A stretch of DNA of 64,000 nt from Candidatus Poribacteria bacterium (GTDB taxonomy: Bacteria > Poribacteria > WGA-4E > PCPOR2b), in assembly GCA_965218095.1 (NCBI GenBank), contig OZ244587.1, forward strand, positions 4,960,001 through 5,024,000. The letters are read 5' to 3'. This document shows positions 59,676 to 64,000 of this stretch, piece after piece. Under the pieces are notes generated by a model. That model ran no database searches. It worked only from the letters and a program-made list of their open reading frames with translations, and was not told where the DNA came from. Within the stretch, counting starts at the first letter, position 1, and every line of letters begins with the position of its first letter. Position numbers and translations under genes: made by a program.

Positions 59676-60578
59676 ATGATTCCCTTGATTAGCAGCATTT
59701 GCTATGGTCCCATCGGCGTTTGTCAACTCCCCCGCTTCTGGTGGAAAGTTACCCTCAGAAAAGCCGGACTGCTTGATGCGGAATATCCCGACTGTAGCGG
59801 CGGACTTGATACATCCGTCCTCGAAGTCTTGGATTTAGACAGAGAAACTACCCTCGCCTATCTGCGAGAGAATATGCCGACCTACCTTGAATTTGAGGAT
59901 TGGGTTCTCCAGCAGAAAGGTGGGACTATCGACCACGAAGCGGTGGCAGGTTGGAATGAAAAGGTCAGGACCCGTGTTCACCGTCCCGAGAAAATCGCTG
60001 AGACATATCATGACATCGGCCTTTCTGACGACGCAGGCATCACCTCCGCCGTCATCCTTAACAGCTTACAGGATTGGCAGCTCTTTTACAAGCATGACCT
60101 GAACGGCGATTTCGCGGGGCTCGGCGGTCAGGTTGTGCCGCTGATTGCGAATATCGACCACGGGCCATTGGAGGCTTGCCAGTTACCCCGGACCTGGCTC
60201 AAAATCCTTCTGAAGGCGAAGGACCTACTCCATCCCGACTACCCAGATATGACCGAAAGTGGACTGGATCCGCGAGTCTTACAAGCACTCCAAATTGAAC
60301 CCGCCGACGCTGTCGCCTATATCCGTGAAAACCTCCCGACGTACCTGCAGTTCGAGGCGTGGGTGCTGGAGCAGAATGGCGGCGAAATCGATCGGAGGCG
60401 GGTGGATGAATGGAACGTCTTTGTCCGCACCCGCATCCACAGAGATGAGAAACGAGTGGAGATTCATGCCACGGTTGGGCGCGAAGATGACGGCACGCTC
60501 ACCTCTGCGGTGCTCCTCAACCACATCGAAGATTGGCGCCTTGCCTATGCCGGGCTCGTGAATGCGTCGGCAGCATAA
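59676..60578 (+). CDS. DUF5069-like protein with tandem duplicated domain
   Basis: Two homologous halves PLI..GP...QLPR.W.K...YPD...GLD...YL.FE.WVL; AAGGAG RBS. Confidence 0.7.
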   Translation: MIPLISSICYGPIGVCQLPRFWWKVTLRKAGLLDAEYPDCSGGLDTSVLEVLDLDRETTLAYLRENMPTYLEFEDWVLQQKGGTIDHEAVAGWNEKVRTRVHRPEKIAETYHDIGLSDDAGITSAVILNSLQDWQLFYKHDLNGDFAGLGGQVVPLIANIDHGPLEACQLPRTWLKILLKAKDLLHPDYPDMTESGLDPRVLQALQIEPADAVAYIRENLPTYLQFEAWVLEQNGGEIDRRRVDEWNVFVRTRIHRDEKRVEIHATVGREDDGTLTSAVLLNHIEDWRLAYAGLVNASAA

Positions 60579-60694
60579 TCTGAACGTGCGCATCTAAGGT
60601 TCAGTAGTTCATTTCGCAGATCCCGATAGGGTTAGGAGCCCTGACAGGTTTTTGAAACCTGCTAGGTCTGGATTAATTTATAGAGGAGGGAATC

Positions 60695-61777
60695 ATGGCT
60701 ATACCAACAGTTCATGTGGGGTGCACCCATTTCGCCCACGGACGACTCCAGGCGTTGGTCAACTGTAAAGGACTGTCTCCCGTCGCCTGCGTGGACATTA
60801 ACCTCGGCGAAGCTCGGGAGGGCGTAGCGTCGCTGGAGGGCGAGATCCCCGAAAGACTCGGCGACCGGATTTACACGACAATCACGGAGGCGCGGGAGAG
60901 GCATGGTGCAGAGGCGTGCCTCATCTACGCTTCGACGCCGGTTCACGCAAAACTGGTCGTCGAAAGCCTCAATCTTGGGTTGCACACGCTCTGTGTGAAA
61001 CCGCTCGCGACGACGCAGGCTGAGTTTCGGGGGATTATCGCCGCTCACAAAGCGCATCCGGACCTGATGCTGGTGCAGGGACAAAATAAACGCTGGAATC
61101 CCGCCGCCGCGAAGATGCGAGGGTGGCTGCGCGAGGCGGACGGCATCGGCGAAATACTCGGCGGCGAGTGTCGATTCTGGATTCGGCAGAATCTCTGGAT
61201 GGGAGATAACTCACGCTACCCGGACGCTTACGTTGAAGGGCTCTTTTTCCACGCCGCCACAGCGCACCAACTCGACCAACTCGTTGCGGCGAAGGGACTT
61301 CCGAAATATGTAACGGCGCGCGTCCACCGTCGGCAAGACCCCGACATCGCTCGGACCGGCGTCTGGGGAACGGCTGGCGGTCAGGCGCTGATGGAATACC
61401 CAAACGGAGCGCCTTTCTGCTATACGGGAACTAACGCCTCCCATGCGAGTCCATTCGGTTGGAGCGGGCATTGGACGTTTCACGGGGAAAACGGCGATAT
61501 TCGACGTGACGCGGGACATCTTCAACTTTTCCGCAATGGTGAATGTGTCGAAGATATTCAGCTTCAAGACCTCCATCCAGGACTCATCGAAGACGACCGC
61601 ATTCAATTCGACGCCTTTGCAGACGCCCTAACCACCGGTACGGATCGGGCGTGGCTACAGGAAACCACACTGGGGACGTGGATACTGATGGAAGCCTGTA
61701 ATGCGTCAGCGCGGGCAGCGGATCGGGTTGATGTCGGATGTTTTCGTGCGGAACTGATGGGAGCGATGGGAGCCTAG
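60695..61777 (+). CDS. Gfo/Idh/MocA family oxidoreductase
   Basis: H.LCVKPLA, QNKRWNP, HQLD; GGAGG RBS. Confidence 0.8.
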   Translation: MAIPTVHVGCTHFAHGRLQALVNCKGLSPVACVDINLGEAREGVASLEGEIPERLGDRIYTTITEARERHGAEACLIYASTPVHAKLVVESLNLGLHTLCVKPLATTQAEFRGIIAAHKAHPDLMLVQGQNKRWNPAAAKMRGWLREADGIGEILGGECRFWIRQNLWMGDNSRYPDAYVEGLFFHAATAHQLDQLVAAKGLPKYVTARVHRRQDPDIARTGVWGTAGGQALMEYPNGAPFCYTGTNASHASPFGWSGHWTFHGENGDIRRDAGHLQLFRNGECVEDIQLQDLHPGLIEDDRIQFDAFADALTTGTDRAWLQETTLGTWILMEACNASARAADRVDVGCFRAELMGAMGA

Positions 61778-62023
61778 GTTGCTTGCTTCCCCGTACTTGT
61801 CGGATCCCATCGGACTTCCTCGCTCCCTCGTTTACCCGCTTCCCCTTGGTGCCAAGCGGTCCCGATATGTGGGAATGGATAGCCCCTACGAGGGGGAGAA
61901 CCATTTGTTACACTCCCTTGCTAACGAAATCGCGATCCAGTCCTGGCGCATATTTCACAAGACGCATCAATCGCGTAAAAATACCGAAAAAAGTCGCCGA
62001 CGCTGGCGATAAGGAGCGTTTTT

Positions 62024-63184
62024 ATGAATGAGCAAGAAAGAAATCTTGAGACGTTTTCTTGGAAAGAACACCGGGGACTTCAGGGCGATGGCAAGGGCGG
62101 CTACCTGTCGCATCCGGCGGAATACCAGTTTCTGCCGAGGTTCGGTGAAGCCAAGGTCGTCCCCTTCGGCCTGGCGAAGATGGATAACGGCGAGATTCTG
62201 CTGTTGGGCGCGGCGAAGACGGACCGAACAACCTTTCAAAACGGCGAAGAAACCGTTGCCGCCATCAGCACCGATGATGGGGCGACTTGGAGCGAGTATC
62301 AGGCAATTGGCTACGGCCGCCCCGTTATGTTGACCGATTTAGGCGGCGGTACGCTCAGTTACAATGACGGCGGATTGATGGCGGAAGAAGGTTCATCGCT
62401 CTGTTTCAGTCATGACTATGGCCGCACATGGTCGGAGCGAATTCCGCTGGCAAAAGCGCCCGACGGCAAGGACTTCTGCTCCGAGGGTAGCCCGCTTGTC
62501 GACCGCGACGCGCAAGGTCGCGCCACACGGATTGGGTGGACCGGCCAGACATTCCCGGACAATTTCAGTTTCGACAAAGCGATTTGCGGCTGTGTCCGCT
62601 GGTCAAACGACGGCGGACGCACATGGGAAAACCACAGTTGGCCCGAGACGTGGAAATGGCAGGACACCTACGAAGGGGTGACATATCAACGTGGCTGCGG
62701 GGAAGGTACAATGCTCCGCGCTGCCAACGGTTGGATCGTCGCCGCGATACGCACCGACACACTCGGCAGGTACATTAAGTATCACTACGACAACTTCGAG
62801 GGGACGGGCATCTCGATTTCCAAGGACGACGGGGTGACGTGGTCTCCGGTGGAGCACCTGTTGGAAGCGGGTCGGATGCACTCCAATCTCATCCGCCTGC
62901 CGAATGACGACCTCGTCATGACGGTCATCCGCAGGTTGGATATCTGCAACGGGGTATTGGCAAGCTACCGGCGCGGATGTGACGCCCTAGTCAGTCATGA
63001 TCATGGGGAAACCTGGAACGTGGACCAGATGTACATCCTTGACGATTGGTCGTACAACAATCCAGTCCAGTGGTACGAGTGCATCTGCGGACACTTATAT
63101 TCGATTTCGCTGGGCGATGGTTCGGTGCTGACCGCGTACGGGCATTACCCAAACGGCGGCGTCCTTATCAAATGGAGACCATGA
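62024..63184 (+). CDS. BNR/Asp-box sialidase-family protein
   Basis: Asp-boxes STDDGATW, SHDYGRTW, SNDGGRTW, SKDDGVTW, SHDHGETW. Confidence 0.88.
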   Translation: MNEQERNLETFSWKEHRGLQGDGKGGYLSHPAEYQFLPRFGEAKVVPFGLAKMDNGEILLLGAAKTDRTTFQNGEETVAAISTDDGATWSEYQAIGYGRPVMLTDLGGGTLSYNDGGLMAEEGSSLCFSHDYGRTWSERIPLAKAPDGKDFCSEGSPLVDRDAQGRATRIGWTGQTFPDNFSFDKAICGCVRWSNDGGRTWENHSWPETWKWQDTYEGVTYQRGCGEGTMLRAANGWIVAAIRTDTLGRYIKYHYDNFEGTGISISKDDGVTWSPVEHLLEAGRMHSNLIRLPNDDLVMTVIRRLDICNGVLASYRRGCDALVSHDHGETWNVDQMYILDDWSYNNPVQWYECICGHLYSISLGDGSVLTAYGHYPNGGVLIKWRP

Positions 63185-63199
63185 TGGGTGGAATTGAGG

Positions 63200-63740
63200 A
63201 GGGTAAAGTGAACATCAAACTTGGCGTTAAAGCAAGCACGCGCCAGCCGGGCAGGCGCCCCATGGCACGAAGAGTCGAACTTAAAACTATCGGCAGGACC
63301 ACATCTCTTTTTGGACTGGCGATTCGTGCTTCCCGGCGAATTGGGGCTGATTGGCCCCTACTGGGCTTCGGAGGAAGGCAAGCAGATTCCGCTCCGCGTG
63401 TGGGATGACAATGAATAGAAAGGCCGGCCGATTGACGCGAGATATGTTCCTCAAGATGTACCGCAGGGCATACAGATTGTCGCGCAAAAGGCTGAAAAAG
63501 GAGAACCCTTTCCACCAGATGGGCCACCGGGGTCGCGAATCATTTATGATGAAGGAATCTATCGAACATGGTACAAGCGATTTGAAGGTGTGGCTTACAC
63601 TTTATTCTAACACCAACGAGGGAGGAAGAATGGAAGAAAAAGATAGATGCCCGATGACAAAACCTTTTCGCATTGCCGCCGTTGTCACCACATTTTTTCC
63701 GAACAGCTACGCCGGCGTGTTTCATTTAGTAGTAACGAAG
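63200..63740 (+). pseudogene. Patchwork of short gene fragments
   Basis: Isolated protein-like N-termini (GPHLFLDWRFVLPG; MTKPFRIAAVVTTFFPNS) that stop early. Confidence 0.35.
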
Positions 63741-63788
63741 CAGCCGTTTGCAGCTTCGTAGATTCGCAGAGCGACAGGACTGTCGGGC

Positions 63789-64000
63789 TTACCAGTCGAT
63801 TCGCAGTTTCGTCCAGCGGACGCCGAAGGGACCATCTTCCTTGCACCAATGCGTCGCCAGATAGGTCCCATCCTGTAGCCGAATCGCCATCGGGAAACCA
63901 AACATAAAGCTATACAACTCTTGGACGCCGGATTCCAGATTCTCTGGGCGTTGGCGCTTTGTTCCGGCGTCGTACATCAGGCCCTCGTGGTGGACAGTCC
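63789..64000 (-). CDS. C-terminus of a sialidase-like protein (truncated by window)
   Basis: FGFPMAIRLQDGTYLATHWC...VRWTKLRIDW. Confidence 0.55.
   Translation of the reverse strand, partial: TVHHEGLMYDAGTKRQRPENLESGVQELYSFMFGFPMAIRLQDGTYLATHWCKEDGPFGVRWTKLRIDW

Noticed and set aside
59431-60668. Single hairpins (GAACCGCGGAT...ATCCGCGGTTC, CTCGTTCCCA...TGGGAACGAG, CCTGACAGGTTT...AAACCTG) as ncRNA genes
   Set aside because: They resemble generic dispersed palindromic repeats and show no RNA-family features

Overview
Bacterial window, very likely Candidatus Poribacteria or a relative. This is inferred from two proteins ending in the NYPNPFNPETWIP C-terminal domain (a third carries a related NYPNPF domain), WD40/NHL/PQQ/sialidase propeller genes and dense small palindromic repeats. 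It holds about 45 CDSs. These include a 14-blade WD40 secreted protein, a split DUF2617-speE-amine oxidase set with an orphan RND pump, a repeat-rich accessory island (16.7-21.5 kb, with hicBA), and two giant (~2500 aa) Ig-repeat surface proteins followed by a PorV/PorQ-like barrel and a LysM protein. Also present are a degenerate AccA paralogue, a eukaryote-like idi, ppk2 and catabolic genes. I found no rRNA, tRNA, CRISPR array or intact transposase. The best leads are a T9SS-like export locus outside Bacteroidota, palindromic DNA elements inserted in frame into several proteins, a eukaryote-type IPP isomerase, a 12-unit REP tandem array, a toxin-like gene frameshifted by a 17-bp repeat, and several MITE/IS remnants. 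All family assignments come from motif recognition by eye, not database searches.
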